DNA of 64,000 bases from Lepidodermella squamata. Lineage: Eukaryota; Animalia; Gastrotricha. The stretch is from the NCBI GenBank assembly GCA_047495785.1, contig JBLDXI010000004.1:1984001-2048000 (forward strand), given 5' to 3'. Position 1 is the first letter of the stretch. Each line of letters opens with the position of its first letter. Of the stretch, positions 1 to 11,800 are shown piece after piece. The notes beneath the pieces were generated by a model. That model ran no database searches and was not told the origin of the DNA. It was given only the letters and a program-made list of their open reading frames with translations. Position numbers and translations under genes: made by a program.

Positions 1-81
1 CGTTAGCGGCGCGCCAATAAACCGCACTTTACTATTTATAGATTTTATGAGGAAAGTACGTTCGAAATTGGGAAAAAATCG

Positions 82-900
82 GTGCGCAAAAGGCCTAACG
101 TACTTCACCATTACGTTAGGCGACTAAAAGTACGATCGAATGAGTCATCTAAGTGGTTGTTTTGGCGCGTCGTTAACGATATGACATTCGGAGCGGGCAT
201 CTGGGGCTTCAAACCTAGAAAATCAATGCCGCTGTTAAATATATTATTTGCGAAAACAGTCCTAAATCTACCTACTAGTACCAGGAACGAACTCGTAGCG
301 CGAGAATTTTATATAGAGCCGCCATATATAACATTGATGATAACAGCCCTAAAACATTACTTGTCACTGAAATTCCGTACGAAAAACTCGCTATTGCAAG
401 AGAGTTTCAAAGTTCTTGAAGTGAATGACAGCCTGTGCCGTCACATTTACAAAAACCTAAAGACTGAAGTCACAAAGGACAATTTTGAACATATTTTCGA
501 CGCATCTGAGCGTGAAATATCTGAACTGATTGAAGAATATAAAAAATTTCTCATTTTACGAGATAAAAATAAAATGTTAGATAACCTGAAACCGCTTACT
601 GCGACAACAATTTATTTAGCAACAACTATTTTTCCAAATGGACAGAATATTTTGAAATTTTCGACATTCACAAGCTCTGGCTAAAATTAGAACGATCACT
701 TTTTAAACCTTTCCAGTACGTAATTGGCGTAACTAAATAATGAATATACCGTGACATGCAATTATAAAATCCCTACGATCTACTACTTCATCTTATCTTC
801 AACTGCAATGAGACCTTGGCGTCTAGACAGAATTTTAGATATCCTATTGTTAACCACGCGAACCTGCTTCTCATAGACAACACTGAAACAGATAGGACAC
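82..900 (+). pseudogene. Degenerate non-LTR retrotransposon (LINE) ORF2 C-terminal fragment
   Basis: ORF 82-684 contains 'FGAGIWGF...FAKTVLNLPTSTRNELVAREF', resembling the post-RT 'YGxEIWG...KxxLxLxxSTxNxxVxxE' segment of LINE ORF2; the reading frame breaks downstream. Confidence 0.55.
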
Positions 901-1088
901 CAACGATCTTTCCATAGTGAATTTATTCGAGCTGACTGATTTCGAGCGACGGTTGGCTCTTTCGGAAAAATTTTGAAAAATTTGCAAAAATTAGTTTATC
1001 CATATTGAGAATTTTCTCTATTCAACGATATAAAATTTGTAGGGTAAATAATTTATATCGATTTTCCGATTTTTTCTTAGCTCCTTAG

Positions 1089-1558
1089 CGTTTCGGTATA
1101 ATTCTCCATTTGACGGTAACTCCATCTCGCCATTGTTCTCTAGTTGCGGTAAACAATTTACCGTAAACGGCACTACCTCGACTCTGAAGCATACAAATAC
1201 TCGCGCGCGGTAAAATTAATGTTTCCGCGGTAAATTCAGCTCATACTGTGGAGGAATAGAAATAATGGAAATAATGGAGTCGGAACTGCTCGCGTTCTTA
1301 CAATAGAGCGTGTTACGAACCGCTGAGCATGAGTAAAACGGAAAGGTTGCCTGTTGGTTTAGGGTGTTATAAAATGATGTTACCATGGTGATGCGCGCGG
1401 GATTTCTCCATGACTCATATGCAGCATGCTTCTTAACGCCACGTGCGGTAAAATGTACAAACGTGGCGGCGTTCGTTATACCGCACAGGCATTGATGTGA
1501 CCTTGTTTGCGTGCTGCGGTAAAATAATTACCGTCAAATGGAGAGTTATACCGAAACG
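1089..1558. mobile_element. MITE nested in the left TIR of the MULE
   Basis: 31-bp inverted repeats cgtttcggtataa(t/c)tctccatttgacggtaa at 1089-1119 and 1528-1558, with one mismatch. Confidence 0.75.
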
Positions 1559-1783
1559 GGCAGACCGCCGGAACAGCAAATACCGAAAACAGCGAAACCG
1601 ACATGACAGCGAAAATTTAATTTGCGCATAACAGCAACCGACGTAATAGCTAATAATCCCTTTTGCGTCAAAACAGCGACGATTTATTAATATCATTATG
1701 AGTTAGCGACATAACAGCAAATATGCAAAATAGGAAAGCAACAAAACAGCGAGTCATAAATTTTATACAAAACAAAGCATAAA

Positions 1784-4221
1784 TTAATTAGTCAACAATT
1801 CTAAGGGAATGTTCCGATTTTTGTCTTTTTTCATTTCGAAGTGTAAAACAATAGTCACAAGGTGCGCTTCCAAAGATTTAAAATCATGTAGTGATTCAGT
1901 ATCAAGCGACGAGCAAATTTTTTGCAAAGCAAGATTGTGTTTGACTTCGGCTGGGTAGGACCTCTTATATTTTTCGCCAGCCGCGCGAGCCATAAGACGG
2001 CTCTCACATAGGTCCTGCTCTTTTAATAAGAAGGAGAGAAGCTCGTATGGCGAGGGGTGGGGTTTATCTTTGGAAAACTTTGTGCCACACTTCGGCCTCG
2101 TTGTCCGTGAGGGGCAAGCCAGCTAAAGCGCGGGAAAAGCAAGTCCACATAGCCGGATCGAAGCGCGGCCGATGGGTCAGCTCGCCGTGATGATAAACGC
2201 CGATTTACGTTTCCTGAAAGTACGTATATAGGCGGGTCAAACCGGGCGCCTCGTGTTCCGCCGCGATCTTCGCAATTTGCGCGTCGAGTGCGTAGAAGGA
2301 GCTCGCTACTCGGTCTAACGGCAAGAAGGCAAGCGCCGCCAGATATTAACACCACCTTTTAACAACGACATTGGATGAATACAAGCCTTGCAACCCGTAG
2401 GCACCAACACGGCGATAAATGGCCTAAAAAATAATAATAAATTTAGCAACAGCCTTTAATTTTAATTTTTTACACAACCTGACAAAGATGGAAAAAGCAC
2501 GCCAAAATCATCGCATTAGGCCACGTTGTTGCTATTGCTGAAATTGCGGCTTGCTCGAAGTCGAGCGTGACTTGATCGAAGTATAAGTCAGGTATTAACA
2601 GCCGCAGATTGTGAAACAGCTTCTCGTAGATCGGCCCGTCCTTGCAGGGGAGAAGGGCGTAAGCAACAGGGAACTGGGCGCCCTCGGTAACGGCGTGTAA
2701 CGTGTATACCTGGCTGAAGAGAGTCGGAGAAATCCAGAATGTCCCATCCCCGGACATGCGGCGACACTCCTTCAACAACTCAAGATTTCTGCGAGTTCCG
2801 AAGCAGATAATGCGGTCCTCGTCTTTAGTGTCGAATAAAACGAAGTCCTCGCCGCGGGTTGTCTTTAATAAGTGCGGAACAGACTCTAAGTCAATATCTG
2901 CCACCGACACCGGCGCGCCAGGCTGCGGATTAGTCTTAGCTCGCACGCGCTCACAAAGACGTTGAGTGGCTCGTTCTGAACCAACAGCAACAAGTACACC
3001 CAGGCTAACGCCGCTTATCACACCGGTACGCACCTCACGCGGCTTGTCTCGACTAGTCGCAGCGCGTTGTTTGAAATCGCCACGCAATGAGCGCCCACTC
3101 GATTTATCGTTGTCTGCTTCATGCCCATGCTCCGGCCAACTTTCTTCCGCCACCGGCCGCATTTCGGAGTCAAAGATAGCCGTACCTTTTGAAGAAAAAT
3201 AACAAATAAAGGTAAAAAATTCAAAATTCAAATTGTCTTACCTGGGCAGTTTTTAGTTTTGAAAAGCGCCTTACTGACACGGCCGGGTTTCGGCTTCACT
3301 GGCTCGTTTGTTTTGAATATGCGACAACAGCGCCAGGTTTTGTTGCCCGTGTCCTGCTGTGAGTATGACGTTCGGTATTCATAACCTCGATAGACAAGAT
3401 GGTCCGCACCTTTATTACTAGGGATTAGCGTCGGCGTATCGAAGACTACAACAGCACGGCCAGGTGCAAGAGCCAAATCGGCCACAGCCGTAACAAACAG
3501 ATTCGGCCCCTGTTTTACAACGTCGCGTTTCAATCGCCGTTTTGAACTATTAGCAGTTGTTGCAGCCGTAGTAGTCGTAGTAGTTGTAGTCGTCGTCGTA
3601 GATGCGGCAGTATCATCAACATTCGAAAATACTTCGTCAACAACAACTCGCGGAAAAATAGCTGCTGGAGGCAACGGTAATTGCGGTGGTGGTGGCGGCG
3701 GCGCTTGATCGTGGGAAATATCACCGGCAAATAATCGAAATTCTGGGGGTGGCTGTAAATTTTCGATGAAAAACTCCGAAATTATCAAAAATATAGTCGT
3801 CGTCGTGTAAAACCGGATTTCGAGGTTGCGTAACGAGTGAGGTGAGGGCGGTTTTTTCATCGGGAACGTCGATGGGGGTCGAAACCTTTATTGCCATGGG
3901 ACCCGGGGGAGTCCGAGCTAGTTCTCCAAAAAATGACTCGTCGGCAACACTCGGCGAAGTCGAGAAAAGTTCAGGCGACTCTGGCGGGTTGTAAGTCGCG
4001 TCATTTTCCTCTCCCGCTGCCACTGCTGCTCCCAGTGAAACACCCGCGGCTGGGCTGTCGCCGACTTGCTTTTTCTTTCGAATAACCCTAGCTTTCTTGG
4101 GTTTCACGGCTTGCTCAGCCTCGGCCTTCAACGGCTCGGCTCTAGTTCGAAGAACTCTAGGCGTTGTGGCCTCTTGAGGCGGCTCTTTAGGTTTATTTTT
4201 TGACCCGAGTTTTCGACCCAT
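1784..4221 (-). pseudogene. MULE transposase (AT-hook-like N-terminus, FLYWCH-like zinc finger, MULE DDE domain), spliced, with premature stops
   Basis: MGRKLGSKNKPK start; 'SNKGADHLVYRGYEY...WRCC' (FLYWCH-like); 'DGTF...QVYTLH...PVAYALLP...DFEQAAISA...CFFHLCQ' (MULE domain). A GT-AG intron follows CFFHLCQ; the next exon reads AIYRRV...KRWC*YLAALAFLP...YFQET*IG with in-frame TAA stops. Confidence 0.9.
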
Positions 4222-4261
4222 AATAAAATAACAACGACAACGGTGATAAAATCAGATGAAA

Positions 4262-5043
4262 TCTATAATACTAAAGAGAGAAGGTTTTCGGGAAAGGAGG
4301 TTTGTACGGATTTATTTCATAACGCTGAGGGATAACGGAAAAATAAAAACATGGTTAGATAGATATTAAAATTGTAGACATCAGAAAAATAATAGCACAT
4401 CCAATGGCCTCGGTTGGGGTGGACTTTTAAGCAAAAAACACATTTTCCGGAAGCAGTACCGGAAGCACACCAAGTTGCGTAACGCGCGCGCGAACAACTA
4501 AAATTTTGTAGTGCGCGTAAAACTTATTTATTTTGATTTTTCCACGCGAGAAACCCATATTCATTTGAAAGAGAATTATCTGAAGTTTATTTTGATATTA
4601 AAACCGCCATGAAACTCTGATGTAACCCTTTGACATCAGCGCGCGCGGCCAAATTTCTTTAAAAATTTTGATTTTGTGGTTCGCGCACAATACGGAATAC
4701 TAAGGTAGCGCACGCGCGCGCTCACACAGCACGAGCAAAAGGCGGCAACTTTCCTCAAATTAAAATCGTTCATGCTCTTAAATGTTTGATATTGGTAACT
4801 ACAATTGAGCGCAAAGTGTTGAAAAAAAATTCATATACGCCTTATTTTTTTATTTTTCGACGTTGATAATCAAAAATTTCAAAAGTAACAATCTGAAATA
4901 GATGCATTACACTTTTCCTTCTTCCCCACGGTGTCCATGAGCAGAAAGATTTCCTGTTTCTAATTTATTTGCTTTCTTTGCGGTTTATTTGGATGCCATA
5001 TTTTGGATGGCCGGACCGAAGGGCCGGCCCCTGCTATTGCTAG
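4262..5043 (+). mobile_element. Non-autonomous Helitron
   Basis: Starts TCTATAATAC after an A (4261) and ends CTAG (5040-5043) before a T. A GC-rich hairpin ggccggaccgaagggccggcc (5009-5029) lies 10 nt before CTAG. No TSD. These are the canonical Helitron hallmarks. Confidence 0.9.
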
Positions 5044-5589
5044 TATAATAAAAAGTGAGATGAGATGCAGTTGAGTTGATAAATTGGTTTCAGAAATTTA
5101 TTGCTTCTACGTAACATATTGAGAACGCGTGGTTAATATTTTATTGACGGCACCTGGTCAATAATAAATATTCGCTGTTATGAGGCTTCCGCTCGCGTTC
5201 TTGTCTAGTAGCTGCGCTATTTCGATGAAATATATTTATTACGTTGCTGGTCTGGCGCTTTCGCTATTACGTCGGTTGCTGTTAGTGGTTTCGCTGTTAT
5301 GTCGGTTTCGCTGTTCTGCGCGTTTGCTGTTCTAGCGCCGTGCCCCGAAACGCTAGCGAGCTCGAAAAAGTATTATTTGCCAACATATTTCTGAACAAAA
5401 CAACGCTATGAGAGAATTCAAAGTCCAATATGCACGGCCTGAAAAAATCGGAAAATCGAAATAAATTATTTACCCGACAAATTTTATATCGTTGAATAGA
5501 GAAAATTCTCAATATGGATAAACTAATTTTTTCAAATTTTTCAAATTTTTTTTTGAAAGAGCCAACCCGTGGGGCGTCAACGCATCTGG

Positions 5590-7560
5590 CTTAGTTCCCT
5601 TTCCGTGGCATCCCTAAATGAAAACTCCTGATTGTTCGTGTTTTTCCGGTCGAAGTCCAGGCAAATTCGAAAGCAAATCTGCTATCTTTTTGCCAAAGTT
5701 GGAGAACATCTGATTGAAAGTGGTAGACATGACATACACGCATACGACTCATCTTTATCCAGAGATGGGAACTCATTGCGGTTGGACGATTTCTTCGGTC
5801 TGGACTCATTGACTACTTTCCAGATTTTTTTGGAATCCCGCCCTGCCTCAGTAACTTTACTGCGCCATTTGGCCCTTCGCGATTTCCGGATTTTTCTATG
5901 TTCCTTCCGTTGTTTGCTAAGTGAGTGAAAAGTTGGTCTGTGTTTGGTGCGGCGGTGCGTAGATTTTCTAACTGTTTCTGGTGCAAGTTTATCAAGAAAA
6001 TTAACAATCGCTGTCTAGATTTTATCCCAGCAATTTTGTGAGCTATCTCCGGCTTCGATGCCAGGACTTCCTAGTACCTTACCGAGTTCATAATAGAATT
6101 GGTCTGCCTTGATAGCTTTCAAGTTACTACTTATACTTAGATTCGGTTACGACTGGATTTGTTAACCTTTTTGTTTCCTGGTCCGTGATAATTAACAAGA
6201 TCCCGTGATGGTCGCTAAGCCCATGTATTGTTCCCGATAAGATGATGTTTTCTTCATTTTCAGTGGTCCAAAAATGGTCGAGCATGGTAAGAGCGGCTGG
6301 AAAGCTATGTTTCAGATCAAACGTACTGAATGTGTCTCGTAATTCTGAGTCAACTTTGATATCGAGAAGGTCCCAATTGAAATCTCTGCCTATAAATCGA
6401 TGATTGACATACATCGATTTTGCAGTAAGATCAACGATCAACTGAAACACTGTTTAGTTCTTCGACTGGAATTTTGGGCATTACTGTTGGTGATCGATAT
6501 ATCAAGGATGCTGTGAATATCATTCCATTTGGTGATTCGATTAATGCTTGAATGTTTTCGATTGTGGATGAGGTTGACCAATAATTTTTGATCGCCAAAT
6601 TTTTGCGGACTAATATTGCTACACGACCACCACCAGAATTTGTCGGTCCAACCCAAATGCAACCATAGTCTGAGAACATATCCTCGACAAATTTCGGTGT
6701 AGAATTCGTCTCCGAAATTAGGATTAGATCAGGCTTATTCACTGAGCAGAATTCAGCGAGGGCTTCATATTTGAAAAAAACTAAATTTTTCCAGTTTACA
6801 TGTCAAGCCATTCACATTGAAATGAACCGCGTGAATGAATTTCAGTTTTTCGTCCTCATAATTCAATTTCTGAACTACATCGCTCAACTCATGATTTGGT
6901 GTGACAGGTAATTCGTGTCTAGCAGGTGGCCCCGGATTTTGTTGAACCCCCGAAATCAAGAGTAAAATTAGAATGAAACCTCTTATGCGCGTAATTTGAC
7001 GTTTTGGATCGCGTGCCAAATAACAAAAAAAGATCGAAAAACCTTCATGCGTCGTAGTTTCTGTTGGCCTGCCGTCGTGGCCAAGCAAACTATAGTCGTC
7101 TTGACCATAGATGGTCTTGACCGTTGATTTCACGGCACCACATTTCAAACGGCATTCACACGCGCCTTGAGTGGCGTAGTAGCAGCCAAGATCGAATTTG
7201 AATGAGTCTGTCCTGCCAGGTCAACAGCGAGAAATGACCCAGCCAAGGACAAGTCGACAGTCCATAGGATAACCACAGCGCCAAAAATCGACAGTAGCAG
7301 GAGGCATGAGGCATTCCGGCTTCATCTCGGCGATGCTGGTTACAGTCCGTTGTAGTGTTCAGTGTTCAGTTGATGCCGTATCCAAGCCGAACGAGATGCG
7401 AAATTAATAAGCTGGTAGCAACAGCACCCCATGCAGACTGATCTGATGCATCTGATGCAGACAACACCATCTATGAAGGCAAATCCTAATATTGCTAAAG
7501 GTAGACGAATGTGTGGATTAACTCTGCAACAAGGGATTAATCGAATATGAAAGGCTCGAC
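5590..7560 (-). pseudogene. Degenerate CR1/L2-group LINE fragment (2A-like NPGP motif plus AP endonuclease)
   Basis: 'LLLISGVQQNPGP' is followed, across frameshifts, by endonuclease motifs HFNVNGL, PDLILISET, GGGRVAILVRKNL, IYRSP, RDFN and SDHHGI. Confidence 0.8.
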
Positions 7561-8836
7561 CTGTAAAGAGGGACAATTCCCGCCATCAAAAGAACGACAT
7601 TGATCTTGTGGAGATTCACAAATAAACTCTTCTGACGCAGCCCAAGCCTGTAAAATTAACCGGATGCTTATTCCCGCTAAACTGAAACGCCTGGCAGAAA
7701 CCGAGTTCGAATCCACTTGGCGCTATTCATTCTGGTGTGAAAAAGGTTCAGTGCTGGATGGCAGTGCTGCACTGTCCAGCACCTCATTCAAGATATTTGT
7801 CCATAACTTTCATGGATTTATACCACCATGAAAGCACTGTGATGGATGGATGTTGGACAGATGCTGGACAAAATGGTGGCGGAGCAAAAGTTAAAATAAT
7901 ATACAGCGTGGAAAGTAGCACCAGGGACGCCAAGGACGCCAAGGACGATGAGGGTAGTACCAGGGACGCGTACCTGGTAGGTTTGAGGGTCAAGGCGTCC
8001 CCGCCAGGGACGCTGAAATCCCCGGTAGGTTGGCTGGTAGAGCGTAGTTGTATCGCAAAACGAGTGTAGCAAATGCTATTTTCAGCGTTATTTACGGCAA
8101 AATGTCTTCAGCTAAGCTCGCTTCGCTCGCTATAACAACAGCACAGGCTAATTTGAAGTTTGCGCTCGGCTTTCAGAGTAGAACAGAAGTATTAACTTGA
8201 GTTGAAAACTTCATTCGTAACCAACTTGGAAAACTAAATTTTCTCCATCAAGTTTCAAGTCCTTTAGAGGTGAATTAAGGTCGATTTTGTTGTTTATTTT
8301 TAAAATTGTATGAGATTTTGAGCATTTTCAGGCCATCCTTGCTGCAAAATCTCTTAAAATAGCTCGCTTCGCTCGCAAAATACGAAATAAAATCCGAAGT
8401 TCTCAATCAAATGACTATTTCAGGCTAATCGGGGGCAAAAAATAGTGGGGAAAAAATTCGCAAACCAGCGTTCTCGATACTCGATAATATGAAATAGTTT
8501 AGGTGTTCGCGAGCGAGCGGCAAATTTTTTTACAGATAAACTGCGTCCCTGGTAGGTTGGCCGGCCTACTTTCCTCGCTGATAATATATATTCTAATATT
8601 TTTATCAATTCAACTTAAAATAAAAAGTTTGACAATAGAAATTCCTCTTTTATTTAATTTTCGCTAAATAACCAACTAATCACTCATTCGATGCACCACT
8701 TGGTCCACTTGCGAAGCACGGGCCACAACAGTTAGTCAAAAATTATCGTTCTTCACTCATCGTAAATCCTCCGAGAAGATTCAAGAAGTAGTCCATCTGG
8801 GTTCTCCGATCGAGTTATCGGTCGAGCTAGTTAATT

Positions 8837-11800
8837 TCAACATGATGACTTTGCTCTACTTGCTCCTTGCGATCTCAGCAAATCGGCAATAAGTGTTTCA
8901 TTGTTGCACATCGCAATATCTAGAGCAGTTTTACCATCTGAATTTCTGGCATCCTTGTTTGCACCTCTATCGAGCAACAATCGAACTACGTTGGCTCGAT
9001 CATACTGTGTGGCCAACCCGTATGATATGTCAACTTGCGCCTCTACTTGTTTATAAATAGAGTGTAAGAGCTTCCCAATGTCATCGCCAGGGTCGTCGGC
9101 CGGGTCAACGTCATAGTCCCGTCTAAAATCAGTTGCCGCCCGCATCAACGCCGTCCCCCCATCGTTATCCTTGGCATCGATAGCAGCGTTGCGATCCAGC
9201 AAAAGTCGAACTACTTCTAATTGGCCATGCCGAGCAGCAACCATCAACGCCGTTCCCCCATCGTTATTCTTGGCCTCGATGGCAGCGTTGCGATCCAGCA
9301 GCAGGCGAACTACTTCGACTTGCCCATTATATGCAGCAACCATCAACGCCGTCCAGCCATTCTTATCCTTGGCCTCGATATCAGCGTTGCGATCCAGCAA
9401 CAGCCCAGCTACCTCGACTAGCCCATTATAAGCCGCAATCATCAACGCCGTCCTACCATTGTTATCCTCCTTCAAATTCGCATCGGCTCCTCGATCCAAG
9501 AACAGCTGCGCAATTTGAAATCGCTGGTCTGATCGTGTCCGATTGCACAATGCACTGTGCAGCAGCATGCCATTTTGAATTACAAATCCAGCATCGCAGA
9601 AAAACAGCTCCGGGTTACGCCAGTTCGGGTCGAATCCACCGCCAGTGGATTCTTCAATCTCGGCAACGAGCTGGCGCACCTGCGACACGTCGTCCGCAAT
9701 GACTGTTACATTCCACAACTGTTCGAACACTTCACGGATCTAAATGTGGCAAACAGTAACTTAATGACTAATGTAGCAAATATGTAGCAAATAATATACG
9801 TAAATGTTCAAATACTAGCATGTTCGTGAAATTTAGCTTGAACTGAAGCATAGACAGTATCTATGCCCATTCTTCCCCATTTTGGTAGACAATCGTGCAC
9901 AAATTTGCACCCAGCCCTAACTTTTTGCGCTGATTCAGATTGTTTTTTCAAAATTCCCCATAGTTTAAAAGTTTAATTTTTCGCATGCGCATGCCGTTAA
10001 GGCTTCCCCAGCGAAACAATTCGAACTTGAAATGCGGTGAAGGATAGAATATGACGAAACGAGATGGTTTATAGCAAAAATCGTTTCATTTCCCCAGCGA
10101 TAGTGAAGGGGAATTTTGTGCAGCTTTCACAAGGCAAAAATTGACAAAAAAGACCAAAAATCGCCCCATTTTCCCACACGTTTAGGACACATAATTTTTT
10201 TCCCCAATCCCATTGGGATCTAGGGATGGCATTTTTTTCCATCCCTGAAAGATACATTGGCTTGAAAGTTGCAAGCCCATCTCGAATATTAGCCCGGGCT
10301 ACTAAAAAAACCGTCTCATGAAACCGGGCTCATTCGATAGAGGAGTATTTCTAGTATTTCGGAAAATCATTTGCGAATTTGTTGGAAATCAAAGATTTGC
10401 TCTGGGAATTTTAGAAAATAATTTAAAATCAGAAAAATTGCAATGGGCGGATAGGGCGATGAGCGAATAAAAATAAAGGTCGCGTGCCCACTTTTTCACG
10501 TTATGGTGTGAATTTATTTACCATAGGAAGATCGCTAGTTTCCGATCTGTATAGAGTTGTCTATGCTAACTTCCCATTCCAACATTGAGGGTTGTTTTCG
10601 AAGCTCCCTTTATCATAAAGTCGACTTTATGACGTCGATAACGCAAGTTTTTCTAACCCGAACCACAGTAATTTTTGCAAATCTGCGTCATTTTGACGTC
10701 ATAAAGTCGACTTTATGATAAAGGGAGCTTCGAAAATAACCCTCATTGCAACTTTGTGTCGAATTAACCAACGACCTGATTTTCGTGGAAAACTTACAGG
10801 TCTTCGCTGCCTTGGGACGCAAGAACCAGGCTGGGACCAGGTTACATTCGAGAGGCACGATACGACAGCATTTCCTCGAAGCTTGAAATTCTGGTTGCAT
10901 AGTATGGTTCGAGTGGCCCCGACGCTCGATAGACCAGCAGATACGATGCCGTTTGGTATCGAGGGTGGCGGTCCACAAACTGTATACGATAATTTGTTAG
11001 AAGAATGAAGAATCGACAATGAGGGGAAAATGAGTCACCTGCTGCTTCACAGCTACCAGTCGCAGACCAGCTGCCGTTTGCTTGGCACTGACTTGTTCCC
11101 TGGCCAATGACTTTGAAGCCTGGATTGCAGACCAACGTCATTGTGGACAAGTAAGATGTCGATCTGTTGGAGCTCGTCAAATATCCATTACTCAGTACAG
11201 GAGCGGGGCCACAGTCTTGATATCAAGCTTGAAATATCAGTTTAGAAGAGCTTTTGTTACTTACTTAATGGGTTACACCTTCCGTTTATCACCGGTCGAA
11301 ATGGAGGTACGCACGTGGCGATTGAGACAGCAGAGGACGAATAGGTGTAACCAGGGTTGCATTTCACGCTAACAGCCCCTCCTCTTTCAACTGCAGTTCC
11401 AGGCCTTAGAACTGCACCGGTATCTTCCGATGTTTCCGGGTCCACTCGGGTCACAAATCCCGCCGACACGTTAGGCACAGGGCAAGACTGCTCGGGTGCA
11501 CTTGTCTGGCTGCGAACATCTGTGTTGTTCGAAATCCAATCGAGAACTTTGCAGACTCTGCTGTAGATGCCAGGAATATATCCGGTGCAAAACGCATCGC
11601 CATTCGAAATTATGCCAAGCAAGTAAATCTGTCTCGATTTTAAGCACATGAGAGGGCCGCCAGAATCCCCGGAGCAAACGTCGCTGCTGCCCTCGGCGGC
11701 TAGGCACATTTTCGAGTCGGTGATGGTGACAGATTCCGAACGGCTGCGGGAATACTCGAGCGAGCAATTTCGGTACGATCGAACTTGAAGATTCAGCTTC

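Larger units (their letters stand above)
951..5567 (-). mobile_element. Mutator-like (MULE) DNA transposon with long TIRs, inactivated
   Basis: Inverted termini ggttggctctttc (951) / gaaagagccaacc (5567) match for about 125 bp (951-1076 vs 5441-5567). Further inverted subterminal matches at ~1570-1650 vs ~5263-5340. Encloses a MULE transposase. No clean TSD found. Confidence 0.9.

Noticed and set aside
7915-8570. Possible TIR element bounded by cagggacgc / gcgtccctg
   Set aside because: Ends are ambiguous because the motif is repeated several times, and no TSD was found.
8837-9730. Ankyrin ORFs as stand-alone, bacterial-style genes with GTG starts (also 36452-37318 and 56787-57758), or as contamination
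   Set aside because: Each has a conserved splice acceptor 9 nt upstream of the GTG, in frame with the CCP3 donor, and sits among spliceosomal genes and animal transposons.
10798-10815. RQRR furin site releasing the ankyrin domain
   Set aside because: It is followed by Pro at P1', which disfavours cleavage, and copy 2 has SQRR; it cannot be supported from the sequence alone.
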